DNA of 63,944 nt, the filler included, from Collodictyon triciliatum (Eukaryota): NCBI GenBank assembly GCA_043381765.1. It is 8 parts of 8 records of this genome, joined end to end, with 100 filler letters (N's around TTAATTAATTAA, not from the genome) between each part and the next. Parts side by side here need not be neighbours in the genome. Positions count along the whole stretch, not along the records: positions 42,259 to 50,614 come from JBHJMP010003460.1; positions 50,715 to 59,070 come from JBHJMP010003461.1; positions 59,171 to 63,944 come from JBHJMP010003490.1; 5 more parts are not named here. One strand, given 5' to 3'. Made by a program: the position numbers and the translations under genes. Shown here piece by piece: positions 49,673-61,831 of this stretch. Each line of letters starts with the position of its first letter. The stretch's first letter is position 1. Below the pieces are notes generated by a model. That model was not told the DNA's origin and did no database searches. It saw only the letters and a list, made by a program, of their open reading frames with translations.

Positions 49673-50545
49673 AGATTGGCTTGTTTTTGGATTAGTCATG
49701 TTTAAATGGAATTCTGATTATCGCGCAAGTACAGTTCAATAGGCTATTGAAGTAGTCGGGTGAATCGGGCGTGATTCACCCTTTGCAATATGGCCGTGTA
49801 AAATTATGTATTGATAGAATGAAACTTCTATTAAAGAAATAGATATGGAAAGAATTGGAGAAACTGCTAGACATAGCATGTAATATAGCATACTGATGTG
49901 ATGTTTGTCGGCGTTTGGATGCTGTGTATCCATTCACTCTGATGCATAAAATGAATTTCTTGCATGTTGTCTGCCACAATCAAAGTCGGGCAACTGTATC
50001 CAAACCGATCAGTTATCTGCGTGTGTAAGAGCGCCTCCACGGATCTCTTTACACATGAAACAAAATGTGCGTGATTAGATGATTGTCTCCGTTTTATACT
50101 GCAGAGGAAGAATAACCCCGCCAAATAAAAAAATGAGGTGCTCTTTGGCTTTAATAGATATATTAAATGCAGTACTGCTTGTTTTACGACAACGAAATAA
50201 AGTAAAGTCTATATCTGTTTTCGGGAGGTCACACTTCAGAGTTATTACATAACTTAACTTTGCTTGAAAATCACCCAAAAGATGTCATATATATGTAAGC
50301 TTAAAAAATTATGTGTTTCGATATAATTCTACAGATAGGCAAGAAAAATATCAGAATGGAATGGGGTGATGAAAATGAAAGAAAAAATGCACAATCAAAA
50401 TAAAGAACAAAGTTTCTCACCGGACCATCCTTCGGAGCGGCGCAAATGTCTGAAAGGCGTGTCTTCCAAAGCAATTCGTGCACCCGATACGCGCACAAGG
50501 TCCCTTTCCTATCTGATGCAACCAAGTACGTCCCAAGCTCTATCC
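48737..50545 (-). CDS. WD40-like beta-propeller protein; 5'-truncated by the contig edge
   Basis: Exons YLVASDRKGTLCAY, LIVADNMQEIHFMHQSEWIHSIQTPTNITS, RILCGGEDGCIYEV and IVRSPPLSDWIHT...CALTIDGTIHTLDF...-TGA (48737-48739). Confidence 0.55.
49480..49668. repeat. (TTTTG)n intronic microsatellite
   Basis: Visible tandem array. Confidence 0.9.
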
Positions 50546-50614
50546 AAGAGAGAAAGGAGAGAGAGAATTGTGTGAGTCAGATAGATGTGTATAAAATAAG
50601 AAAAGAAAAATATC

Positions 50615-50714
50615 NNNNNNNNNNNNNNNNNNNNNNNNNNNNNNNNNNNNNNNNNNNNTTAATTAATTAANNNNNNNNNNNNNNNNNNNNNNNNNNNNNN
50701 NNNNNNNNNNNNNN
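50615..50714. other. Artificial contig linker
   Basis: N44-TTAATTAATTAA-N44. Confidence 0.99.
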
Positions 50715-51120
50715 GACTTGTTGCAGGATGAAGGAGCTGTTTCCTTCTCTCGACTTGATGATACAGAAGCCTTTTGCTCTATCCCAGCAAAGTTGGCCTG
50801 TACCAGCATGTAGTTGGGTAGACTCGCATATTTCACAGTTTGCATACAGAATCTTCCACCGCGCTAGTAGCGGCTCGGGCGTGTTTGGCGGGGGATGACG
50901 GGATTCTGCTCTCACAGAGCTGTGCCTTGAAGTTCGGGCATATGCGATGGATGAGATGCCACATTCCACGCTGCCAAAAACCTTTCGGATGCATAAGCAT
51001 ATCTGTCCACCATCTCATCGTTAGCGATGTCCATGGAATACCAGGCGTTATGAGTCCCAGCCCTCCCTCTGTGTCTAGCATGGTGTTGTTATTCGAGGGG
51101 TCGCTTGGTCGTGCTCTCAC
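50715..51120 (-). mobile_element. Non-LTR retrotransposon (L1/Tx1-like) ORF2 fragment, post-RT region
   Basis: LDTEGGLGLITP...SLTMRWWTDML...FWQ matches the GGLGL...L..RW motif found C-terminal to RT in L1/Tx1 ORF2. Frameshift near 50890; GC-richer than its flank. Confidence 0.6.
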
Positions 51121-52791
51121 CCGTGATTACTGGTTTTATAATTAGAATTCCGTTAATTGCACCTCTTCATTTTTTCTCCATTTTTTTTGTCTTTTTTTAA
51201 CTTTGACCATGAACTTCAGACCTCACCTTTAAAGACGTAGTCAAGCAGTTGATGATAAAATTCGTGATTGAACACATATAATGGATGCAGCGATAGTGAT
51301 AGCAGGAAACCAAGTCAAACGGAAGAGAAATAGAATAATTAGAAAGTATCAGATCCTAATGAGAGAGTTCGTCAAGAGACACAATGCAAGAGACATGGTA
51401 CTCTTGCATGTCATCCCCTTGAACGATAACGCCACCAACAAAAACACAGCTATCAAAAGCATTTTAGGTGGATGTGATAAAGTGCGTGTCGGGTACAAAA
51501 GATAATAAGGTAAAAGTGTAACTGTAGACGAGGTATTCAAAAAATAAAACGCGAAAAAATTGGCAAAAGAGAGAATTATGGATACATGGTCTCTTACTAA
51601 ATGTCTCGACAAGAAAAAAAGCCAAGGAGCTTGCTCAGCCTTCAGAGCACTCTTTTCGGCCTACTCGCGAGAACCATTAAATCACTAACCCACAGTAGCT
51701 GAGTGAATATATCTGTTTGTTTCCCCTTTCTCCTTTTTTTTTTTTGAACCTATACCATCTCGCACAAAGAAAGGAAGAAAAAAATTTTCAAATATTTTAC
51801 TTGTTCTAAGGACGGAAATAAACCATACATTATATTTTACTTTGAATATGCACAAATTATGAATTTTATTGGTAGCACATAAGTTACTGGATAATTTAAC
51901 ACGAAAAAATTATACCAAAATCATTCTTTTTGCATAATGTTTCAATTTCCGTTACACTTTGCAACTCAAATGACTCAATTTAATCTGACATAATTTGCCG
52001 CGTATTCAAGAAGTATTCTGATAAAATTTTTACAATAATAAAAATTCAACGAAAAATCAGTCAGCGCGCGCCAGATTCGAGTGCATGAGGTCATTCAAAA
52101 TAACGGCTTTATGAGCACTCTAAGCTAAACGAACTAAATATTAGCACAACCTTATTGAGTCAGTCGCTATACAAGATATACTTGCCTGAGCAATTTAGCG
52201 GTATAGCTTTTCAATGATTCGAATAGCATTTTATCACTGGAAGTTTCAACAAATACGAAGAAAAATATTATAAATTATTGCGTCCTTTTTTTGTGGAGCA
52301 AATGAATTGTTCACATGTATTGGTTCGCTTGAAAGAACAAAGAGGAATTTCGCTTACAAATACAAGGATGGTTAGAACTAGCGGACGGATGCTCAGAAAA
52401 AAAAAAACATTGGTAGCACGAAAGGTGTGTGAGAGGAGTCCCAGCTGTATCACACGCAAGCCACTAGTTTCATACGAGGGGAGTGGTGGACTCACTTGTT
52501 CGTTTGGTCTATTGGCAGTACAACGTCGGACTGAGTCGACGCACAAACATTTTTCTTTCTCTATGAAGCAATCTTTCTGTAAACCTTGTAGAAAATACTT
52601 TACAGACGTAGCATCAAACAAATTCTATTTATTGCACTTAGAAAAGGGGCTCACTTCTAGAATATATTCGTTCATTTAATTTAAAATGCATCGATAGGCT
52701 TCAAAAGTGCAAAGGACTTCATTCTGTTCCTTGGACACAATCTACCTGCGCTACAAACCGAACCTTATCAGGCAAAGAACTACACTCGAGA

Positions 52792-55700
52792 ATGGCCACA
52801 CGAACTCAAGAGACGAAACCAAGAATATCACTTGTGTCAGAAGACTCCTCTGTGCCTAAGGAGGCCAATAATAACGCCTGGGCAGTTGTATAATTTTAAT
52901 TTTATGATACTATCCTACTTTATTGAATTCAATATATCAACCCCGAGCGAGACATCAAACCACAATTAAACTATACCGAAATAGCTGACTCTAAATGAGA
53001 CTATTGTGACTTGCAGGCGGAAGTCGCAAAGAATCTTCGACGCACTCTATCCTTGAGGAATTCTATTCTGTTACTTTCATTTGTATCCGTGGTTTCAGTG
53101 GCCCTAGTGAGCGTCGTTCCTTCTTACACATTCGGCTTTTCGGTATGAATACATCATCGTCTCATCTATTGTACTGATAATATTCTGTTGCATGGTCTGT
53201 ATTCGCCCCAAATAAGATAGATTAACATCCTCTAAAATGCTTTGCAGTCTGTCAACGATGTCTCCAACCAACTGCAAACACAAGTAAGTTGATGTATATG
53301 ATGTTTCATTTTTTTCATAGTTCCAATATGTTATTACTATTTTAAGGGTTTACAAAACTGTTGTAACAATTATATAATACCATACAGACCGTAGAACGAA
53401 TCAAACAAGAAATTCAGGCCGCGCTTGATGTACCCCATGAAATGTTGCGTGCCTTCGAATCCACCCTTTTTCACGTCAACCTCGGGAAGAACGGCGTTAA
53501 GTGCGACGATATGCCCACAAGGCTCATGAATTTCGGAATTATTGAGGTGAAGAAATAACCCTGCCAACTCATATTTACCAATTGTTTGTTTTTTTAAAAA
53601 AAAGAGTCTTTGCTGACTAAAATGATCAGAAATCGACGTTCTTCTCACAATCCTGGTTTGGCATCGAAGATGGAAGTGTTTTCGGTCGGTCTTATTTCTC
53701 ACTAACCCTTTGAAAGATTCATTGATTAACTTCATTTCTCTAAAGCCCAATATCACTTCGTCGCCCATTAGACTAAAAATGTAAATAATCAGGAATTGTG
53801 AAGGAGCGTGGACCTATATCAATTCTGTGTGCAGCGCCTGAGACCAACTTCGACCTCACGGATGCCATCGTCACCAATGCAACCATTCTGACCCCATACA
53901 GTCAGCTTGCTATAAGAAATAGTGTTCCAAAATTCGACACAACGCTTAGGCCATGGTATAACTTGGTCAACTAACAATATGAAAGTTGCAATCATTTTTC
54001 CTGGTGACTTTTTCAAAAGAACCCAATAATAACAAATTTAAATATAGGTACAAAGCTGCGAAGGCCAAGATGGATTACACCTGGTCACCTGTATATCGCT
54101 TGGTTGCCACCGGAGGCAGAATATTGAGTATCGGTGCGGTAAAACCAATCTTCGAGGACCTGGCACAAAGTAAATACCTTGAACTATTCCCTTCATTTCA
54201 TTCATAGTAGCCAACATCTTGAACATAAGTAAACAATAATCTCCGACAACAAATAAATTTGGTACAATATATTACTAAATCACAGTTGACTTTTAAAAAT
54301 GAAGCCAAATTCATCGGAGTTGCTCTAGCTGGAATGAATATTGCCCTTGTGCAAGCCAAGCTTCAGAATATCAAGACTAGTGAAAACGGATTCGCATATA
54401 TCCTACAGAAAGTGCGTTGATTATATATTTCTGCCTCATTTATAGCAAAATGCATTTTTTTGATTGTGTTATAGAATCTTTAAAACTTATGCTAATGAAC
54501 ATGTATGAAAACCCGAATAAAGAACGGAACCATCATTGCAAATACAATGGGAGTGCCGACGACGAGCAAAGATAATATGATGGTCAATTATGAGGAATCT
54601 GGAAACGACCTCATGATCAAATCCGCCAGTGTAACTTTTACTCATACTCCACTTGGAGCAACAAATAGATTGAAAACATAAAGTATAATATTACAATTAC
54701 TTTTTGCAGGAGCTCAAGAGGAGGGAAGACGGCGGATTCGAAAATATTGTGGGAATTCGCAAGTACTCTATTTTCAAGGGGGATAAGGAGTACTTCACAT
54801 TTGCTACCACACTAGCAGACCCTCGAGGCGGATTGGAATGGGTTATTACTTTTCTGATACCCAATCAAATGTGAAAGAATTATCATAGTTATTAATTGGC
54901 ATAACCCTGCTGCACTTTGAAGCGAATAAAGGGGGAAAATCATAATTATCAACCTGGCATATTTCAGTTTAACTGAAACCCTATCTATGCCACCTTTTAT
55001 TTAGACTGTTGTCGTTCTCATTCCCAGAAGCGACATATTCTCCAAGGTTGACAGTATGATTGTCCTTTCGTCTTCACTTACTGCCGCTCTATTCGTGGTC
55101 ACCCTTCTACTGACTTTGGTGGTATCTACCTACATTAGCAGGTCGCTGCGCAGCTATGCTATAATCACGAGACTTTTTCACGTGCATTTTTTTTAAAAAA
55201 AAAAAGTGAGAGAACCCCTTTTTTGATGACCTATCTCGCACACCAGGCCCCTGAATGTGGTCGCAGACGCCATGCAAAGCATATCCAAGCTGGATTTTGA
55301 AAAGAGAGCCTCTGTAAGTTTATTTGATTTTAAGAATGCTCATGTAATCTGCATACACGTGATCGACACGGTGATTCATTCTAACAACAATGTGTAAATA
55401 TAGAGTAGCTCAAACTCTAGCCTGAGAGAGATTCGCATGATTCAATCTTCATTCCAGGTACGTTGAACTACAGAGAAAGGGTCTGGATTCATGATTCGGG
55501 CGGTATCTAACGTTAATCCACTTGAAGGTAATGGAAACTGCTTTGCAGTCTTTTGGAAAATTTGTCCCCATGGCCGTGGTCAAGAGAATAGTTGCCGACT
55601 CCAGTAACCAAGGCCAGTTGTTCTTAGATCGCAGAAACGTGACAGTCATGTTTTCAGGTTTTTTAAAGAATCAATCAGTTTGCATAAAAAATCTTCCTTT

Positions 55701-56914
55701 TTTTCGAAGTTTGTCCTGGTAGAGGTTGAGTCTTCATATTCCTGCACTTAATATAAATGTTTTTTCTTTTCTCCTTGAATATGCAGATATCGAAGGATTT
55801 ACTACGTTGTCTGAGTCAATATCAGCGGAAGTACTGGTGGAGATACTCGAAGATTATCTAGAAGAGGTTTCGAGTATCATCATAGCGACTGGTGGAACAG
55901 TTGTTGACTTCATCGGTGACGCTGTTGTGGTTCGTACATACAAAATATGAACTTAACACAACTAAAAAATTTGACTGAGTTGCATATACGATGTACTTAT
56001 AATAAAATATTATAAAGGCTATTTGGAACGCACCCACTGATGTACCTGATCACTCCCTTTGCGCAGCTATATGTGCTGTTAGATACGCTGTAAGTCTATC
56101 TATACTGTAAAAGATATTTATTTATGTATTTATCTAATCATAATATTCATTAACTAAATTGGTTTCTGTAATTAAAGCGCCTAATGGGGGAGCTCAACAA
56201 CAATTGGATGTCGAAAAGACTTTTGAAGGACCCTCTTAATGTCAGAATTGGCATTCACACTGGGCCAGTATATGCTGGAAATATCGGTTCATCCAAGCGC
56301 ATGAAGTATGACTCAATCGGAGACACTATGAATCTGGCGTCTAGGTACTACCTCATTCTAACACCTTGATTTTTTTCTTGTGAGTGAATTTTATTTTGAT
56401 TATTCTAATTCGGTTAATAATGTGTCATAATTTATAAGGCTCGAGGGCTTGAACAAAAGATACAAGACCAATATCATCATCAGCGAGGAAATTCGCAGCT
56501 CCATCCAACCTCGGATGATATCTAGGCCTTTGGAATATGTGGTGGTCAAAGGAAAGTAAGGCCGATACTTAACGTCTAAATAAGTATATTTGTATCACAC
56601 TGCGAGCTTGATTTCTGTCACCCATTAACCAAGTAAACAAAATAAAACAAAGGACAACACGCACCCAAATCCATGAGTTGCTGGCCGATACGCAAGAAAG
56701 CGGAGAGCAAGAGGTCGGCAAAGCTAATGCTAAGCTAAGTGCCTCGTCTTCGTTCCAACACTTCACCCAGATGACTGGCGCTCAGAAGACAGCCGCAATA
56801 GGAAGTTTGGTTGAGTACTGTGACACGAACACCAACGACAAAACTATGAAGGTTTTACTGGGAATCGTGAGCGCACCTAACTATGATGGCGTCACTGTTC
56901 TGGACGATAAGTGA
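52792..56914 (+). CDS. Membrane-bound class III nucleotidyl cyclase with bacterial-type TM-extracellular sensor (Cache-like)-TM-HAMP-cyclase architecture; many introns
   Basis: TM1 SILLLSFVSVVSVALVSVVP. TM2 followed by HAMP-like ISRPLNVVADAMQSISKLDF. Cyclase motifs [75 protein letters not shown] and VVVKGK. C-terminal PNYDGVTVLDDK-TGA. Confidence 0.9.
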
Positions 56915-57149
56915 GAACAGAGCGATTCTTTCCTCCGTCATATGATTAATGTCTGCAAAACACATGAGCATTACTTTGAAGGATTCAGCGCCTAATGGGC
57001 CATAACAATCAATAAAATCTATGGACCTGATATATCTCTCTTCGCCTGTTTTGAATTTCAATGGGTAATTTCAAATTATCTGAGTGCTTTATAGGAACAT
57101 AGTTTAAGGCCGATTGCTTCATGGTGGGATTTCATTACTAGGAAGGAAT

Positions 57150-57880
57150 AAATGATAATGATTTGGTAAGGCGGGCGGCCCAACTGGTTGATTGGTTGCG
57201 TGGGTAGCAGTGGTGGAATATGTTGTGGGAGATATCTCATGACACGTTCCCACATTTCCCTTCGCTTGCGGTCAGAGTAGCGAAGAATGCGGGAGTGTTT
57301 CAGCAGGCTGTTCAGGAAGCCGTATTGCACGAGGCTCTCAAGCCTGGCTACATTGATTTCTCGTTCGGGTGAATCATTGGAGCGAGAGAATGCACGCACA
57401 CTCCATAGGGACAGCAGCATATGCCCCTTGTGACTGTCCAGAGTATTCTAGAGTCGTGGGTCATTTGGTATTGTGGGCCAAACAGGATGACAGACGCGTT
57501 GAGTCGGTTGGGAGCATAATCAAGCTCAGAGAGTGTCTTGTGGGTAGATTCTGTCATTTTTTGAGCAAGAGAGCACTTCAAAAATGTGTGTTCGATAGAG
57601 TCATCTCCACTATGGCACATGTGCACTCTGAGGTCGTTGCTACATGAACTACATGCGCACCTACCCACAGCTCTCTGTTGGAGATATTGAGAAGTAGGGC
57701 GCGGTGCTTCGGGAGTAACTGAGATGTACGGGCTTGCTTCCAGCTTTTGACTATCGGCGGGTCTATAATGCCTATAGTTTCGGCCCAACGACTCATCTTC
57801 TCCAGTTTGTAGGGATTCGGACTGATGATTTTATATCGAAACAGCTTGGCATATGCCATGGCCATCGAGAATTGCAGAGT
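57150..57880 (-). mobile_element. Non-LTR retrotransposon (L1/Tx1-like) ORF2 3' fragment with zf-RVT CCHC knuckle; frameshifted
   Basis: Joining frames gives W...LLPKHRALLLNISNRELWVG..V.H...EC.MCHSGDDSIEHTFLKCSLAQ...VILFG...LWSVR, the typical zf-RVT C-x2-C-x7-H-x4-C region. Confidence 0.7.
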
Positions 57881-58417
57881 CAGGTGTAATTGAAATAAAC
57901 TCAGTTTTTTTTACTGCAGTCGATGCTTTTAAATGTTAATAAATTACAATATAAGTAGATTATGAGTCATATTTCTTCAAAATGTTTGAGGAGTGTATGC
58001 ATTAATATTTTAATATTTCGCATATATGATTCTTGATGAATGAGAGACTCAATCAAATAAAATTTAGGAGTGAGATGGAAAGATTTAATCTTCTCATATT
58101 ATAAAATCTATTGAAATTATTACTATAATGCGGACTTGACTAGTATTCAAGAACAAAATAATAATAATTTTATTTTATCTTGATGAGACAATTGGTAAAT
58201 GGGCTAGTTTTTAGCACCTGTTTGGTAATTTTCTGGGCGTATTATAACTTCAAGAACAAAATTATAAAATGAAAGAAATTGTAAGGCATCAGTAAAATCT
58301 CATGTAAGTTTATTCCTTTGGAGGTGAAAATATCATAGAGACTTAAAGGATTCAAGTGAGATTTTTATTTGTAAAAATAGAGTGCTACTGATTTTACTTT
58401 TTGAAGCTATATGATGA

Positions 58418-58939
58418 CTAATGAAAATAATCAGTAACAGAGGAGGAGTTTTTTGGGATATTTAGAAAGCGCGACTCAGGGTTCGACCTAGGTCTGGTGG
58501 GTGTTGCTATTGTCGAGGCAGGAATGCTTTCATCAGTATCGTCATCTGGAGGTAGAGGAGGGGCCAAGACGATATCGAGGTAATTGAAGGCTCGCGGAAT
58601 GTACTCTGTAGTTGTTCCATGGAATTGCGGACGCGCGGTGGGGGATGCGTATGCAAACGTGGCGTTTGTGGATACTGCTGTTGGTTTCGATGCAGTTTTC
58701 TTTGCTGATAGTTCAGGAATAATAGGCGCAGTTGCAGCGAGAACATGTGCATGGTGCAGTTTGGATTTTAAATGTTCTGTGCGAGCTTGCTCGGAAAAGC
58801 CTCTCCATGTTGGACACGAGGAGCAAAGAAAGAAAATTCGGTGACGTTGTGGATTGAGTTTGCATATGTTGAGGTGCAGTCGTCGGTTTCGGTTTGAGGA
58901 TAACTCCTTGTCGCAGTGCGGGCATACTGCCTTATCCAT
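58418..58939 (-). CDS. Zinc-finger ORF (two C2H2/C2HC-like fingers plus Pro/Thr-rich tail), probably a mobile-element N-terminus/ORF1 remnant
   Basis: CPHC-x12-H-x3-C and CSSC...H..SKLH. Intronless and GC-richer than the flanks, on the same strand as the LINE fragment 0.5 kb downstream. Confidence 0.5.
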   Translation of the reverse strand: MDKAVCPHCDKELSSNRNRRLHLNICKLNPQRHRIFFLCSSCPTWRGFSEQARTEHLKSKLHHAHVLAATAPIIPELSAKKTASKPTAVSTNATFAYASPTARPQFHGTTTEYIPRAFNYLDIVLAPPLPPDDDTDESIPASTIATPTRPRSNPESRFLNIPKNSSSVTDYFH

Positions 58940-58997
58940 TCTCCTTTTCTTAAGATAATCAATTCCCTAATAAAGGTGTTTTTTTTTTGTATTTTTG

Positions 58998-59070
58998 GTG
59001 TTTGTTTGTTTGTTTGTTTGTTTGTTTGTTTGTTTGTTTGTTTGTTTGTTTGTTTGTTTGTTTGTTTGTT
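58998..59070. repeat. (GTTT)n microsatellite at contig end
   Basis: Visible tandem array. Confidence 0.95.
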
Positions 59071-59170
59071 NNNNNNNNNNNNNNNNNNNNNNNNNNNNNN
59101 NNNNNNNNNNNNNNTTAATTAATTAANNNNNNNNNNNNNNNNNNNNNNNNNNNNNNNNNNNNNNNNNNNN
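59071..59170. other. Artificial contig linker
   Basis: N44-TTAATTAATTAA-N44. Confidence 0.99.
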
Positions 59171-60792
59171 CCAAGAATGAAAAAACTCCATCAACAAATC
59201 CACCAAAGGCGTACAAAGTATTGTTATAAATTTTTATACTGCCAAAGTTTTGAGACTTGAAGGGGTATCCAACAGGTTGTTCCCATTTTGATTTGCCTGT
59301 AATGAATAATGATAATGATAATGATAATGATAATGATAATGATAATGATAATGATAATGATAATGATAATGATAATGATAATGATAATGAAAATGAAAAT
59401 GAAAATGAAAATGAAAATTACACGAAAGACATCCTTCTTTGAACACAATTTCAGACTTACTTGCATCAAATACAGCTAACTGTGCGGTACATGCAGACTC
59501 TAGAACCCCACAGCCCCCGAATAGATAATACTTTCCCATTACAAAAATGCCATCTATTCCAAACTGCGTCTTCGTATTTTCATTGGAGTCCAATATCATC
59601 GCCCAGGAGTTTGAAGCTAGATTTATAAAACACCTCTTTTTATTAATAAATTATCAAATATTAAAGAGTTTTGCATAGAGAATTGGGTTCCTGACGCACC
59701 AGGGGTGTACTTCCAAGCATCCCCCAAGTCATACGGATTATTTCCTCCCAGCACATAAAAATCACCCAGGTAAATAAATGAGTGTGCTGCAAATCTTTTC
59801 CCTGGGAGGATGTCCACAGGGGTAATATTTTCCCACATAAAGGTTTCCAACGATAAGGCATAGAAGTCGTTCAAGAATCCGTCCTCAGTCATCCCCCCAA
59901 AGACATACATCTGTGGTTTATGTTCCAAAAAGAAATTTGAAATAAAAAATGAACGGTTTATTCGATTTCATGTATCAATTTATGTATCTTACTCGTCCCT
60001 CTTGATTGTCAAACGAGACAGTAGGTCCGACTCTATTTCTAGGCATCACTCCGCTGGTTGGAATCAGTCTCCATAGAAGGCTATCTATGGACGGGGTTGA
60101 AGTGATAATATTCAAATAGCTGGACATTTGCTCCTTATTTCACACTACCTTTTAAGTCATTGTGAACAACCCCACATGCTTTTCTCATTAAAATGATTTT
60201 ATTTTCCTTTATTCCATTCAAAGTATTAAAAAAAAATATCATGTGAAGTACCCAAATTAGCAACCCAAACAGAGTTGATGTATGTGTCGGGTTTCCATAC
60301 CTCTGCCCCTAATCTATAATATGCAAAGCATTCGGATTTTTCATGGAAGCATATGATTATAAAAAAAAAAGTGACCCAGGCTAGACTTCTCTACATCGGC
60401 ATATATAATCAAATTTCATGAGAATCACTCTTACGAATCATATATCATGTATAGCTTCTCTTTGTAATGGCCCACACGGTATATTGAAGACGGAGCGGGT
60501 ATTGCTGGCTCAAATTTCCAGTGTCTACTCATGATTGACTGCATGAATCCTCCTATATGTTCATGGACATTCAAGGGATATTCTTACGGTTTATTTTTGT
60601 TCGATCCTCGTTTTTCATACCTCGCTGCAAATCACCCATTTGCCCATAAACAAAAAATTATCTTTATCGGTGTGATTGTTTTTTGAAATATTTATGTTTT
60701 TTCCTGCTGATTCTCTAGAATTACAAAAATAAATAAATAAATAAATAATAACCTGCAAACACGGCCCAGATGATCGCAAAAGCTGCTCTCAT
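59171..60792 (-). CDS. Kelch-repeat protein with possible signal peptide; 3'-truncated by the contig edge
   Basis: MYVFGG...FLNDFYALSLETFMW, FYVLGG...LGDAWKY, YYLFGG, LYAFGG and W..IPTSG..P..R. Candidate start MRAAFAIIWAVFA at 60792. Confidence 0.75.
59305..59418. repeat. (GATAAT)n/(GAAAAT)n intronic microsatellite
   Basis: Visible tandem array. Confidence 0.9.
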
Positions 60793-61831
60793 GGCACAGG
60801 GGTGTCTTCTCACCAAGGGAGTTTTGCTGAATATCTCTTCTTTGAGTTTAAAGAAGAAACTCTTTCACATTGTGAAATAGGTACACGCAAATAGAAGCAA
60901 AAGAAGTTCACAGATCGGTTTTATCAACTCTGGTATATCATGCCTTTTTTTTTTCTTTGCTCCAGAAATAAGTAAACGGATACCCAGGCTGAGATAAAAA
61001 AAAATGAATGAAAAAGAACAGAAACATTTCCGACACCACCAACGATTTCCACAACACAAAGGCCTAACCCAAAAAAAAAAAAAAGACTGCTTGGTGTTAG
61101 TAAGGGTGAGAAGGAGATTGAGGAGATTGAGAAATAGAAAAAATACGCTTCTATCTTATGGATCGCCCGGCCACTTGGGCGTGGCTTGTCAAACAGGCAT
61201 GTGCGACTCCGTGCAACTTCTGCTTTCCACACATTCCGCAAGCTTTTGGGTATGTTGGGAACCATTCAAACGGACTCGCACTCAATGCCACTTCGGGTCG
61301 GGAATCACGATTCTGAGACATTCTTTGTGATTTGATTGGATGCCGACCTCCTGACCGAATGAAATCATATCTCTACATAATTCTATTCATCATATTATTA
61401 TTATACAAATTTATATATATGCAATTGTATAGCTACATTATTTGATAATAGATAGATATATATGTTATAAAATCCAGGTATGTAAAAATTCTAGCACAAA
61501 TTAAGAAAAACGGATTCTATCTTAGGAATATATCATTGAATTGTTCCAATCACACAGCACCCACTCGCAGTTGACATCACCATCAAAGCCCGGTGCAATC
61601 ACAAACAAGAGGCAAAGGCCGACTCGCAAGGCCGCAGCAGAAGAACCAGGGCATTGGCAATGGCCGAGAACAACGCCGATCCGCCCGGTTCCTTTTCGAA
61701 GAAGCCTCCCCAAGCAATTTCCGTCGGTAGTAACCAGGTCTCATCACTAATCAACAGCGCAAAGACTCGTGCTCCTCCGGATAAGCTCCGCCCCCATAGG
61801 ATAAGTCGCAGGCAACGCCGAACCAGACCAA

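Noticed and set aside
51240-51612. Hydrophobic ORF fragment with a TGCAAGAG/CTCTTGCA hairpin
   Set aside because: Short, interrupted by a stop, and an 8-bp stem is expected by chance.
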